Positions 38,451 to 51,031 of a stretch of DNA of 64,000 nucleotides are shown in pieces (the stretch's first letter is position 1; each line of letters starts with the position of its first letter). Position numbers and translations under genes: made by a program. The notes beneath the pieces were generated by a model. That model was not told the DNA's origin. It searched no databases and saw nothing but the letters and a program-made list of their open reading frames with translations. Source of the DNA: Camelus dromedarius (lineage: Eukaryota); NCBI RefSeq assembly GCF_036321535.1, contig NC_087437.1, positions 3,410,001 to 3,474,000 on the forward strand, written 5' to 3'.

Positions 38451-38783
38451 CCATTACACCCTGGCAGCCCAGAACTCCCTCTGGACTCTTTTAGGCATTA
38501 ATTAATATTTTACTCTTTCTGGAAGATTCATCCCAGCCTTACTCTAGATAACATGCCTCTCATTTCTGGCTTTATTGCATCAGTGACAATAATTACAGCT
38601 AAGATGTCCAGAGCCAGGCTAATCACTTCACCTGTTACCTATAATCTAATCTTCAAAACAACTCTCTAAGGTTGTACTTTCCAAAGAACAAGCCACATGC
38701 GACTCTTGAATGTTTGAGGTGTGTCTGGTCCGAATTGAGATATAACGTCAATGTACAAACTACACTGGAATTTTAAGAAGCAG

Positions 38784-39305
38784 TGTAACAGAAAAGAACA
38801 AGTCTGATTCGGTATCAGATCTGTTTCTTTGGCTTTAAACCTGTGCCCTGTTTTCTAGGCTTAGGCTTGCTGGCTCTGCACCTTTTGCAAAACAACGTTG
38901 CCTTTAGCCTGAAATATACAGGAGAGCCTATTCTCAAGGCTCTGCCCTTTAAGGATATTAACACTTTTGCACTTACATAGAGATAACAAGTTGCAAAATA
39001 CAAAATAACATTTGTTTTATTGGAGGTTTTACAGGGGCACCATGAAGTGACCCACGTGGATGGCTGCAAGAACAAAGGATTCCTACACCAAGAAGTTTGC
39101 AACAACCAACCACACCCCCTCCCCTTTTTAGTGTAAAAGGAGCCTGAATTTTGACTTGAGTGAGATGGTTCACCAAGACATTAGTCTACCATCCTCTTGG
39201 TCTGCCGGCTTTCGGAATAAAGTCGCTCTTCCTTGCTCCAACACCTCATCTCCCGATTTATTTGCCTGTCGTGCAGTGAGCAGAACGAGTTTGGACTCGG
39301 TAACA
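38784..39305 (+). mobile_element. Solo ERV1 LTR (MER41-group-like)
   Basis: tgtaaca...ggtaaca termini, TATA-like tgtaaaagg, AATAAA at ~39215, and U5 gagcagaacgagtttggactcggtaaca. Confidence 0.82.
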
Positions 39306-39372
39306 TGCCCAAGGTCACAAAACAGGCACGTAGTGAGGCCAAGACGCAAAGCTGGGTCTCTCTGCATCCAGA

Positions 39373-40720
39373 ATGTGAAATCATAAGAAATATACACATT
39401 GGGCCCTACCCCAAGATTCTGACACAGAGCTCCTGAAATCCTCGTAAGTAGGGGTATAAGGAGAGTCTTTTGTTCTCATATTTTGTCTTTGACCCTGGTT
39501 CCTGACACCAACCTCCCACATCCCTGGGAATTCCCTGGGGGACAGGAACTCAGGGTGGGCTCCTGGGTGGGGCTGGTCACCAGGAAGACCAGACCTTGGT
39601 TAGACGCTCAGAACCTTCAGCCCCGCCCCACCTCCAGAGAGGGAGGAGACTGGAGACTGCTCCCAGTGACACGATGAAGTTATGTAAAAATCCCAATTGT
39701 GCAGGAACTTCTGGCTCAGAGAACAGGCCCAGGTGCCGGGGGTGGCACACCCATGCGGGAGGGGAAATTTCCCCTCTACCTCTCATGGGTGCTCGTGGCT
39801 GGACTTGTAATAAAATTAACACAAGACAGATGAACTGTGGGAAAAGAAACAGTTTAAGTAGTAAACACGGAGGTCTCATAGAAATGAGATTTATAAAGTG
39901 GCCAAAGCAGGCAGTTTGTGTTCATTACAGACAAAGAAACAGCAAATTTGAGAGGACGTGACCAGCAGAGGAGCCGAGGTCTGGGTGCTTAGTAAACAGA
40001 GAAGCAGCAGGGCTAGTTTATAGAGGCTTCTCAGCCCTGAATTCCCTGCCTATGCTGACGAGCGTCTCTGTAGCTCTGGGTACAGGGAGGGCACCTTTCC
40101 CGTGGGAGGCTTATTCCCTGCTTTCAGGGGACAGAGAGGAGGGTCACCGTCCCTCCTGTACCAGCTGTTTCTTAAGTACCTTTAATTCAAGACAACAGAA
40201 ATTCCATCGGGGCATACTTGGGGCGGCCTGTGCTGGGCCCCACCCACCTGAGCTCCCCAGGGGCAGAAGTCCCTGCACCTGGGACCCTCTGAGACCTCGC
40301 CCTGTGTGTCTCCCCACCTGGCCATTCCTCTGTCCCTGTATCACATCCTTCATGATGTGATAAGCTGTAAACGTAAGCGTCTCCCCGAGTTCAGGGAGCT
40401 GTTCTAAAGAATGATGGAACCCAGGGAAGGACCTGCGGGAACCTTCGATTTACAGGCAGGTTGGAAGGAAGTTGTGAGTAACCAGGGACCTTGGGACCGG
40501 CATCTGGGATGCAGGGGACAATCTTGATGGACGGAGGCCCCAACCTGGGGGTCTGTGCTAACCGCCAACTCCAGTTAGTGTCAGAGTCAAAGCGGATCAT
40601 CCAACACGCCACTGGCATCCCAGAGAATTACCTGGTGAAGGAAGACCGCTTGGACACTGGGGGACCAAAAGTGACAGAAGTGAGGTGTCCTGTGTGAGGA
40701 GGGTGCACAGAGTGCTCGCC
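39373..40720 (+). mobile_element. MER21-like LTR with a nested opposite-strand LTR (~39754-40241)
   Basis: MER21-type motifs (ggttcctgacac, gagacctcgccctgtgtgtctc, ggcatctg, gtgtcagag). The nested insert has the MER34-like end ggggcatacttggggcggcctgtgctg. Confidence 0.6.
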
Positions 40721-42479
40721 CTGGGCCAGAGGCAGAGGTGTGACTCCTTTGCCCATGGCCTTCAATCCTGAGACTTTTTCTGGGCCACAGAAACCTCCTC
40801 GGAGCAGCAGGGGCTAAAATCACGCTTGTTCCTGAATACCAGGCACGGGGAGGTCTCGAGGCAATACAGACGGCGCTCAGTACTTGCTTCTATGTGTTTG
40901 TATGCATGTATTCTGGTCAGGGAAGGAGGTAGGCCCTCAACACAGGCCCTGGCTCAGACCAGGGCATGACTGGAAATGGAACTGCCCACTTGTTAAGTTG
41001 GAAGAATCTGGAGCTTCTTTGGGTGCCCAGGGGAAGGGGTGAAGGGCCGGGGCCATGGAGAAGCTGGGGAGGAATGGAGAGGGGGTCAGGCTGGATGGGG
41101 CAGGGGACAGTGAGGGCGGGCCCTAGATGGCAGCTGGGGCTGGGGGGGGGCCTCTCAGAGCGAGGATTCTCGATGTCCGGTGTGAACTGACCTGCCAGGC
41201 TGGCCCACAGCCCCCCTGACCTGGACCAACGGCCACCTGCAATCTTCAGTTGCGAAGCCAGCCCACGAGTGTGAGTGGCGTTGGCTGTGGTGGGGGAAGG
41301 AGGCTGGGCCTGGGGTGGGGGATGCATTCCCCAGAGGAGAAAACGGCCACCGGATCCAGTGGGATCCAGACATCAGCAGAAACAGGCAATCAGAGCAAGC
41401 AGGCACTGGGAGGAACACGTGCCTTCCATCGTCTCCCTGAGAACTCAGAAGGCCAGGCCTGCAGAGGGCTTGGACACCCACTTGGCACTGGGTCCAACTG
41501 ATACAAACAGGCCGGGTGCCCCCAGCTCGATGTCCCGGCTTCTGCAACAGCCGAGCCTGCACCCAGGACCTGCAGAGCCCAGGCCTCTTCTGACCAAATC
41601 ACTTACAGAATCCTCATTGCCACATCTTACTTAGGCACATGAATTAAAAAAAAAAAAAAAGAAAAAAAAGAAAGAACTGTAAAAAACAAACAAACACCTA
41701 ATTGCAGAGAGACACTGCCCACCCCAAATCACAAGGGAGAACGAATGTGTGTGTGTGTGTACACGTGTGTGTTACACATGTGTATGTGTGTGTGCACGGG
41801 CAGGAGGACTCTCTGGGGCAGGGGCTGGCCCTGCCTCCCACCCCCACCTTAGCCTCAGCCTTGGGGAGCTGAGCTGGGAGAGCCTCGGAGAAGGTTCTGA
41901 GGGCTGGAGGGAGTCACGCGTGTGAAGGGCTGGCCAGGACCTTGCCTTTCCCTCCCCAGACAGCACTGCTTCCTGGGACCAGGCCCCGCCTGCTAATGGG
42001 AACCTCGACAGGGAGTCACCTGGAGGGAGAAAAACACGGGGACTTCTTAGCTGTCAGCCCTCAAGCCTGCTTCTCCCCAGGGCCTAGCCACAGCCCCCCC
42101 TCCGCCCAGGGGAGTGAACCCGGTCAGTTCTTCCGCGCTGCTGGGCAGGTGGGCACAGGACGCGGCTCTGAGTCTCTCGGGCCCCATCAAAACAGACATC
42201 CCTCCCCCACCTGTTTACCACCTACAGGGACGGAGAGCGGGTCAGTGACGGCCCCTCCACCGCTTGCACTGTCCACTTGCCACCCAGACTCCAGGCTGAT
42301 CCCCCCGGAAGGCGATCTTCCCCAGGGTGGGGGGGGGCAGCAGCTGTCTCAAGTGAAAAGAAGAGGCAACCCTGGGTTCAGACCCGCCCCAGGCACCTCT
42401 GAGATGGGAGGCCTTGTCAAAGTAGTGACCTCCTTTTCTTAATTTATATTTATTGATTGACTTCACATCTGCCCTCTCA

Positions 42480-42820
42480 AGTTTTTCCTCATAAATACTT
42501 GAATTTAGGGCTGTCTGTCTCTTTTTCAGTGTTGGTGGAGGTCACTCAAAGTCTAAGTTCCTTCTGCTTACCTCTCCTCTGAAGTCTGGATCTTCAGACT
42601 TTGCAAACTTTTCTTTTTTTAGTTGATGTACTCTAACTTCTGACAGGAAAAAGAATGACTTATCTTTATCCTGTTGTATCTCCACCAGTTTTCTGTGCCT
42701 TAAATTGTCACTTTCAGCTGCTGTGTCAAAAACGTTCTGCGGGGCTGGGAGTGGCTTCGCCACCCCCTTTTCTCCCGCCAAATGCAATATTAGTCCTGGT
42801 CGCTTTGCTGGTGAGTCCAT
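42480..42820 (-). mobile_element. Possible N-terminal remnant of a Zaphod-like hAT transposase
   Basis: Minus-strand MDSPAKRPGL from the ATG at 42820 resembles my recollection of the Zaphod-family ORF start. Unverified. Confidence 0.4.
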
Positions 42821-42921
42821 AGGATATTCTACAAAGAGAATTATGTTCTGTGCAAATAAAACAATTTCCTTTCCAAACTGGATTCCTTTCATTTCTTTTG
42901 CTTATCGCATTGTATTGGCTT

Positions 42922-43354
42922 TGAGACAGGAAAGAAGGGAGCAGGGCACAGCCATTCAAGAAATGACACAGCCATTAACACTAAGGTGGCGGAAAAGTCA
43001 ACTCCCAGTGGACCCTGAGGCCCAAGATGGCAGGAGAGTCGCCCTCCAATGGACCCTGAGCTTCATTACACACACCTAACGTATGAGCCTGGTGAATGAC
43101 ACTCCCACAGGCGCCAGGACAGCTCCCAGGCTGACCATGAAAGGTCAGAGGGAGGGCGGTGGCCCAGTTCCTGGGAGTCCCCGTCTCTGTCTCTCGCTCC
43201 CCTTCAGAGATGGTCTGTGCTCTGTCTATGGAGTGTGCATCTCTCTGAATGAACCTGCTTTTACTCACCTATACACTTGGCGGGGCGCATCCCAGGGACT
43301 CGACCAAGACCTGGGACATGGCCATCCTCTCGCCCCACATTTTTTCCTATATCG
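42922..43354 (+). mobile_element. Solo ERV1 LTR (shorter copy) with 4-bp TSD GCTT
   Basis: gctt|tgagacagg...tcctatatcg|gctt. Homologous to 43621-44282. Confidence 0.85.
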
Positions 43355-43620
43355 GCTTCAACCTATTTCAAGTGGTGTTCAGATGTGTGAACAAAGCAAA
43401 ATCCCAAACTCTGCTACATCCTGATGTCACGCAGGGTTGCATTCTGGTGTCAGCCCTCCACTGGGCTCAGACGGCCGGAGTCTCGTTCCGTCTTCACCTG
43501 GCAGGGGACAGGGAGAGCCACAGTTGCTGATTATCACCTCTGATGGCTGTTTTTTAGTTCAGCAATTCAAAGCACATGCAGACAGATCGTTGTGTGAAAG
43601 ACAGGGGGGGGAGGTTGGAG

Positions 43621-44282
43621 TGAGTCAGGAGGGAAGGGGGCAGGGCACAGCCATTCAAGGAATGACAGCAGTTGTCACCAAAATGGTGGAAGGTTCAACT
43701 CCCAGTTGGCCTTGAGGATTAAGATGGTGGGAGGTTTGATTCTAGTAGACCTTGAGCTTCATTATTTGCTCATTGTAACATATTAACATAGTGAATAACA
43801 TGCCTGCAGGTGCCATGACAGTCCCAAGGCTAGCCACAAAAGGCCAAAGAGTAGGCAGCGGCCCAGTTCCTGGGAATCCCAGCCCCCTCCCCAGGGTAGT
43901 TAGAGAGGTCCTACCACTTGTAGGTGTATGAAGCTAATGAGCCCACGAAAACTGGCAACACGGCGCATTGTGGTCACCTCTCTCGCTCCGTCCTCTCTGG
44001 AGAGGGCCCACACTCTGTGGAGTGTGTACCTACTTTTATTTTAACCTGAGCACCCAACCTCCACACCTTTTTCCTTGCCTTTCTCTCACCTTCTGAAACA
44101 GCCTACGCTCTCTGCACTATGTATCTCTCTGAATAAATCTACCTTTACTCAACGGTGGCTCACTCTTGAATTCTTTCCTGCCTGAAGCCAAGGACCCACA
44201 GTTGGCGGGGCATGTCCCAGGGGCTCAACTGAGACCTGGGACACGGCCGTCCTCACGCCCCACATCCGTTTTTCCTGCATCA
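43621..44282 (+). mobile_element. Solo ERV1 LTR, same family as 42922-43354
   Basis: tgagtcagg...cctgcatca termini, AATAAA at ~44132, and ctcttgaattctttcctgcctgaagccaaggaccc. Confidence 0.87.
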
Positions 44283-45660
44283 CTGAGACCCTTCGATATA
44301 TCCAATTTCTGTGCACTGAACTTCAAGGAAAAATGATAAAGCTCAGTACATCAGTATATTATTCAAGGCTGGTTCTAGCTGTTAGAAAATATTTTGTATC
44401 TTTTAGATCATTTTATAACACCCCTGCCTCCTCTCACCTGCCCAAGGATTTTCAGTAATAATCACAAAACTAAACTAATGATAATAATGATCAGAAAGGA
44501 AATGCAGACCGTAATGTTTCTATGATTGAGCTGCATGTGTATAATTATGCAGTAAATAAAATTCTAATTAAATCAATGTTCGATGACAACGAAGGAAAAA
44601 ATGATTAATATATTAAATTATCGTAATGCAATTTTTGAAAAAGAGAAAAAAAAATTACCCACTCCATCCCAGTGATGAAATTCCATTATTGTTCTTGTGT
44701 TTGAGCCTTCCCTTCCTCAAATGTTAATGATTTGTTCAAAATCTGCATATTCATGTGAAAGGGACAGAACAGCCAGAGGTGTCCATCTGTTTTTTCAATC
44801 TCAGTTTATGGAAGACAGTTTTTATTCATTTTAATTTTGAAAGTTTTCTTTCACTTGAATTAACAGACAAATCATTAGGAAAAGTCTTAAAACATAAAGA
44901 TTAATTTGACAGATTCGTGAAAATCCCAGTTCACAAGGAATTTCAGGAACGGCGGTGCTCCCCACAGCTTTTGTTTCTTCAGGTTTTTCCGACGTCACTG
45001 GAGCTGGAACGTTCCCACTGAAGTACTTTCACCAGGAAAGTCATCATCACCTTCTGTCCCATCTAGTAAATTCTCTGAATGTTTTCGTCCTATACTGAAC
45101 TTGCAGAAAATGACTGGATTCCGAACACTGATGTCATTCAGTCTACTGCTTTGTTTATTTATTTTTAAAGTTTTTTTGGGGGGGGAGCAGGGGGATGTAA
45201 TTAGGTTTATTTATTTAAAAATTTTTCTTTTTAGTGGAGAGACTGGGGATTGAACCCAGGACCTTGTGCATGATAAGCATATGCTCTACCACCTGAGCTA
45301 TACCCTCCCCCTGGTCTGTTACTCTAGAACGAGGGTCTTGCTCCTGGTGAGAACGATCCTGGGGTCCAGAGATCACCCTCCTGATTTCTCCTGCCATGTT
45401 TCCTGTAATTCTCAGCAATTTCACTCCACTGTCTATGGAGTTGTCTATTTCCTTACTTTTTTTTTTTTTTTTTTTTTGCAATTGTTGCTTTGTCCCACAG
45501 TTTCTGTGCACCGAGCTTCAAGGAACAATTTTAAAGCTTGGTGCTTCTGGATACGTTACTCAAGGCTGACTCTGAAAAGATTTTTGACTCTGTTTGAAAA
45601 GATTTTCTTAAAAAAATCTCGAAAGAGAGACATTGCATCCAGCTGTCCTGGTTCATTCTG
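44283..45660 (-). mobile_element. Fossil hAT-Tip100 (Zaphod-like) DNA transposon with transposase C-terminal remnant
   Basis: Minus strand 44867-44821 reads SVNSSERKLSKLK*IK (hAT dimerisation motif SxASxERSFSKLKLIK), then LAVLSLSHEYA-DFEQIIN and a stop at ~44686. Confidence 0.8.
45150..45311 (-). mobile_element. tRNA-derived SINE (vic-1-like) inserted into the hAT fossil
   Basis: ctggggattgaacccaggaccttgtgcatgataagcatatgctctaccacctgagctataccctcccc. Confidence 0.9.
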
Positions 45661-45823
45661 ACGTCCTGTGGCAGCACAGGCACGTGTGGGACCACAGGGT
45701 GGGGGTACAAGCCACACCGGAAGTGAGCTACGCTGACAGATGGGGAACCCTCATCATTTACTTTTGAAACAGGCACGTGTGGCTGAGTTTGTGTGCGTCG
45801 GAGGCCAGTCCTGTAGCTGGGAC

Positions 45824-46277
45824 TTTTTTTTTTAAACTGAAGTACAGTCAGTTTACAATGTTTCATCAATTTCTGGTGCAAGGTATCATGTTTCAGTCAT
45901 ACGTGAACATACATATATTCATTTTCATATTTTCATGATTGGTTACTACGAGATATTGAATATAGTTCCCTGTGCTGTACAGTATAAACTTGTTTATCTA
46001 TTTTATGTATAGTAGTTCATATCTGCAAATCCCAAACTCCCAATTTATCCTTTCCCACCCCCTCTCCCCACTGGTAACTGTAAGTTTGTTTTCTATGTCT
46101 GTGAGTCTGTTTCTGTTTTGTAAATAAGTTAGTTTATGTCTTTTTTTTTTTTTTTAGATTCCACATATAAGTGATATCACATATTTGTCTTTTTGACTTA
46201 TTTCACTTAGTATGATAATCTCTAGGTCCATCCATGTTGCTGCCAATGGCATTATTTCATTCTTTTTTATGGCTGAG

Positions 46278-46316
<39 letters not shown>

Positions 46317-46325
46317 TTCTTTATC
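45824..46325 (-). mobile_element. L1 3' fragment
   Basis: T-tail then ctgaagtacagtcagtttacaatg...ccatccatgttgctgccaatggc. Confidence 0.9.
46280..46315. repeat. (GT)18 microsatellite
   Basis: Uninterrupted GT run. Confidence 0.95.
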
Positions 46326-47249
46326 CTAGCTGGAACTTGAACTTACACATACTAAAACTCAACAGTACCCATGACAACATCTTAGAACAGAAGCCAACAG
46401 AAGATTTGCGAGGGGAGGGGTACATTATCACTGACATTGTTGGACTGGCCTATGTGTGGTGATGCTAAAACTGACTTTTTTTTTCCATCTTTCATCGCTT
46501 GGACCTTGGACAGCTGCCCTCCCTGTCTACAGTGGTTTAGCCCCTGCAGAGTGATACCACTTTTCAAGTGTAATTCTGGAAAAATCCAGGTGTGATGGCA
46601 TCTAACGCTGGCCAGGATGCGGTGTCTGGGAGCAGCAGGGAGACAGTAGGCGGGGAGAAGGCAGAAGATACTCACTCATTGCTGGAGAAAATGGCCATCA
46701 GTCTTGCCTTTGGACTAGAATCTGGTAATATCTAGGGAAATTAAACATAAATATATCTTTCAATCCAGCCGTCCCACTCCTGAGAAAGAGGCTGAATGTC
46801 TCTCAAACTGTCCTCATGCATCTGAGCCGAGGGCCTCCACAGGCCACTGGTGAGAGTAAGGTAGATCCGTGCTATGGGCTTAGGAAGGTTCCCATGATAT
46901 TTTATTAACTGAGACAAGCGGGAGGGCTGGCTGAAAGTGTTGACCAGCAACAAGACCGTCCACGTGTGACAGGAACTTTCTAAGAATGTGAGAGCCAAGG
47001 TGGGGGCCCAGGAGGGCTCCTGCACACTGCAGGACAAGGAAGGGGAGGGGGCAAGGCAAGAGAAAAATGAGCTGTAGATGAGAGAGGGTAAGGAATGAGT
47101 CCCATGGTAAAGCCAGCACGCAAAGTATCATTCCGTTCACATAAAATGACATGTATTTGTTCACTGTCCCAGAAAGCCATGGAGAGAGACCAGCAGGCTA
47201 TTCGGGGCTGCCAATTAGAACCTCCCACCGTGATGGACGTGCCTTATGT

Positions 47250-47362
47250 CCACGCTGTGCCGTCCCCACCAGCAGCCAGGAGACACGCGGCCACTGGGCG
47301 CTTGAAATGTGGTACGTGTGGCCGAGAAACTAGATCTTCAATTTGATTGAATTTTAATTAAC
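47250..47362 (+). mobile_element. MER3/MER33-like hAT-Charlie fragment
   Basis: cacgcggccactgggcgcttgaaatgtggtacgtgtggccgagaaactagatcttcaatttgattgaattttaattaa. Confidence 0.6.
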
Positions 47363-47469
47363 TGTAAGCAGCTAGTACAACTATGATAATGGTTTTCTAT
47401 AAATAGTACAGGTGCTTTATTCATCTTTGCTTTTTTCTACTCTTCTATATTGTTTGAATGGGTCTATGA

Positions 47470-47585
47470 TGGGGGGTAGGTAATTAGGTTTATTTACTTA
47501 TGTATTTAACGGAGGTGCTGGGGATTGAACCCAGGACCTGTTCATGCTAACCATGCACTCTACCCCTGAGCTATACCCTCTCCCT
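47470..47585 (-). mobile_element. tRNA-derived SINE (vic-1-like)
   Basis: ggaggtgctggggattgaacccaggacc...ctctacccctgagctataccctctccc. Confidence 0.9.
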
Positions 47586-47904
47586 AAAAAAAAAGTTAGT
47601 TTTATTTTTTTACATCACAAAATATGATGGAATGGTGGCCACACAAAGGGCTGGAAAGATGAATACAAATGTGATAGAGCAAGTCCAGTGAAATCTTACT
47701 GGTGGAATCTGGGTGGTGGGTATGTGGTGTCTCTGTGCCACATTTTAACTTTTATTTATGTTTGAAAATGCTTGTAACAAAATGTTAGCAAAAACATGGG
47801 CAATTTATATACATTATTTTCTGTATTCAGGGTAGGGACGCTCTTGTGTGTTTACAGATGCTGAAGAATTCTGAAGCAGGAAAGAATCTAAGAGATACCT
47901 TCAG

Positions 47905-48000
47905 TGACCTCATTCACAGATGAGGAAATGTGAGCCCAGAGACTCAGTGACTTGCCCTGGGTCACACAGCAGGCTGGTGGCAGGCCAGGCCTACAACTGT
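47905..48000. mobile_element. MIR fragment
   Basis: MIR core cattcacagatgaggaaatgtgagcccagaga...gtgacttgccctgggtcacacagc. Confidence 0.75.
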
Positions 48001-48080
48001 CAGGCTGAGGACCCTCTTGGTTCTATCACTGGAGAAAGGTTTTTGCCTGAAATTGAAGCATTGCTATCAAATGCATTTTA

Positions 48081-51031
48081 TTTTATTTTATTTTAAACAT
48101 TTTTTATTGAGTTATAGTCATTTTACAATGTTGTGTCAAATTCCAGTGTAGAGCACAATTTTGCAGTTCTACATGAACATACATATATTCATTGTCACTT
48201 TTGTTTTTCGCTGTGAGCCACCACAAGATCTTGTATATATTTCCCTGTGCTACACAGTATAATCTTGTTTATCTATTCTGCATATGCCTGTCAGTATCTA
48301 CAAATTTTGAAATCCCAGTCTGTCCCTTCCCACCCCCGCCCCCTTGGCAACCACGTTTGTATTCTATGTCTATGAGTCTGTTTCTGTTTTGTATTTATGT
48401 TCTTTTTTTAAGATTCCACATATGAGCAATCTCATATGGTATTTTTCTTTTTCTTTCTGGCTTACTTCACTTAGAATGACGTCCTCCAGGAGCATCCATG
48501 TTGCTGCAAATGGAATTATGTTGTCATTTTTTATGGCTGAATAGTATTCCATTGTGTAAATATACCACTTCTTCTTTATCCAGTCATCTGTTGATGGACA
48601 TTTAGGCTGTTTCCATGTCTTGGCTATTGTAAATAGTGCTGCTATGAACATTGGGGTGCAGGTGTCATCCTGAAGTAGGGTTCCTTCTGGATATATGCCT
48701 AGGAGTGGGATTCCTGGGTCCTATGGTAAGTCTATTCCTAGTCTTTCGAGGAATCTCTATACTGTTTTCCACAGTGGCTGCACCAAACTGCATTCCCACC
48801 AGCAGTGTAGGAGGGTTCCCTTTTCTCCACAGCCTCTCCAGCATTTGTCATTTGTGGACTTTTGAATGATGGCCATTCTGACTGGTGTGAGGTGATACCT
48901 CATTGTAGTTTTGATTTGCATTTCTCTGATAATTAGTGATATGGAGGATTTTTTCATGTGCCTATTGATCATTTGTATGTCTTCCTTGGAGAATTGCTTG
49001 TTTAGGTCTTCTGCCCATTTTTGGATTGGGTTGTTTGTTTCTTTCTTATTAAGGCATATAATCTGTTTATATATTCTGGAGATCAAGCCTTTGTTGGTTT
49101 CACTGTTTGCAAATATTTTCTCCCATTCCATAGGTTGTCGTTTTGTTTTGTTTATGGTTTCCTTTGCTGTGAAGAAGCTTGTAAGTTTCATTAGGTCCCA
49201 TTTGTATATTCTTGCTTTTATTTCTATTGCTTGAGTAGACTGTTCTAGGAGAACATTTTTGAGATATATGTGAGATAATGTTTTGCCTATGTTTTCTTCA
49301 AGGAGGTTTATTGTATCTTGTCTTATGTTTAAGTCTTTGATCCATTTTGAGTTTATTTTTGTGTATGGTGTAAGGGAGTGTTCTAGCTTTGTTGATTCAC
49401 ATGCTGCTGTCCAGTTTTCCCAACATCATTTGCTGAAGAGACTGTCTTTATTCCATTGTATATTCTTGCCTCCTTTGTCAAAGACGAGTTGACCAAAAGT
49501 TTGTGGGTTCATTTCTGGGCTCTCTATTCTGTTCCATTGGTCTATATGTCTGTTTTTGTACCAATACCATGCCTTTTTGATGACTGTAGCTCTATAGCAT
49601 TGTCTGAAGTCTGGGAAAGTTATTCCTCCAGCCTCTTTCTTCCTCTTCAGTAATGCTTTGGCAATTCTAGATCTTTCACGGTTCCATATAAATTTTAGTA
49701 TGATTTGTTCTAGTTCTGTGAAATATGTCCTGGGTAATTTGACAGGGATTGCATTAAATCTGTAGATTGCCTTGGGCAGTGTGATCATTTTAACGATATT
49801 GATTCTTCCAATTCAGGAGCATGGAATATCTTTCCACTTTTTTAGGTCTTCTTTAATTTCCTTCATCAGTGTTTTATAGTTTTCCATGTATAAGTCTTTC
49901 ACCTCCTTGGTTAGATTTATTCCTAGTTATTTTATTACTTTGGGTGCTTTTTTAAAGGGGATTGATTCTTTACTTTCTTCTGTTAATTCATCATTAGTGT
50001 ACAGAAATGCAACTGATTTTTGAATGTTAATCTTGTAACCTGCTACCTTGCTGAATTCTTCAATTATTTCTAGTAGTTTTTGTGTGGACCTTTTAGGGTT
50101 TTATATATATAGTATCATGTCTTCTGCATATAGTGACAATTTTACCTCTTCTTTTCCAACTTGGATCCCTTTTATTTCTCTCTCTTGCCTGATCGCTGTG
50201 GCTAGGACTTCCAAGACTATGTTGAATAGGAGTGGTGAGAGTAGGCAGCCTTGTCTTGTCCCAGATTTTAGTGGGAAGGTTTTGAGTTTTTCACCTTTGA
50301 GTGCTATGCTGGCTGTAGGTTTGTCATATATAGCTTTTATGATGTTGAGATATGTTCCCTCTATATCCACTTTGGTCTGAGTTTTTATCATAAATGGGTG
50401 TTGAATTTTATCAAATGCTTTTTCTGCATCTATTGAGATGATCATGTGGTTTTTGTCCTTTCTCTTGTTGATGTGATGTATTACACTGATTGATTTGCAT
50501 ATGTTGAACCACCCTTGTGTCCATGGGATGAACCCCACTTGGTCATGATGTATCATCTTTTTTATGTGCTGTTGGATTCTGTTTACTAATATTTTGGTGA
50601 GGATTTCTGCATCTATGTTCATCAGTGATATTGGTCTGTAATTCTATTTTTGGTGGTGTCTTTGCCTGGTTTTGGTATCAGGGTGATGGTGTCTTCATAG
50701 AATGAGTTTGGGAGTGTTCCCTCCTTTTCAATCTTCTGGAAGAGTTTGAGAAGGACTGGTATGAGTTCTTCTTTGTATGTTTGCTAGAATATTCTGGTGA
50801 AGCTGTCTGGTCCTGGATTTTTATTTGTAGGGAGGTTTTTTTTTTTTATTGCTAATTCGATTTCATTTCTAGTGATCGGTTTGTTCAAGTAGTCAGTTTC
50901 TTCTTGATTCAGTCTTGGTGGACTGTGTTTCCAGAAACTTGTCCATCTCCTCTAGGTTATCCATTTTGGTTCCATATAGTTTTTCATAATATTCTCATAT
51001 GATGTTCTGTATTTCTATGTTATTTGTTGTA
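48081..51031 (-). mobile_element. Young 5'-truncated L1 (~2.95 kb) with perfect 15-bp TSD
   Basis: TSD atcaaatgcatttta at 48066-48080 and 51032-51046. Long ORF2 pieces ([10 protein letters not shown]...[10 protein letters not shown]...[10 protein letters not shown]...[10 protein letters not shown]). Confidence 0.97.

Noticed and set aside
34387..47585. tRNA genes suggested by A/B boxes
   Set aside because: They are SINE copies with A-rich tails and mutated stems, not full cloverleaf genes.
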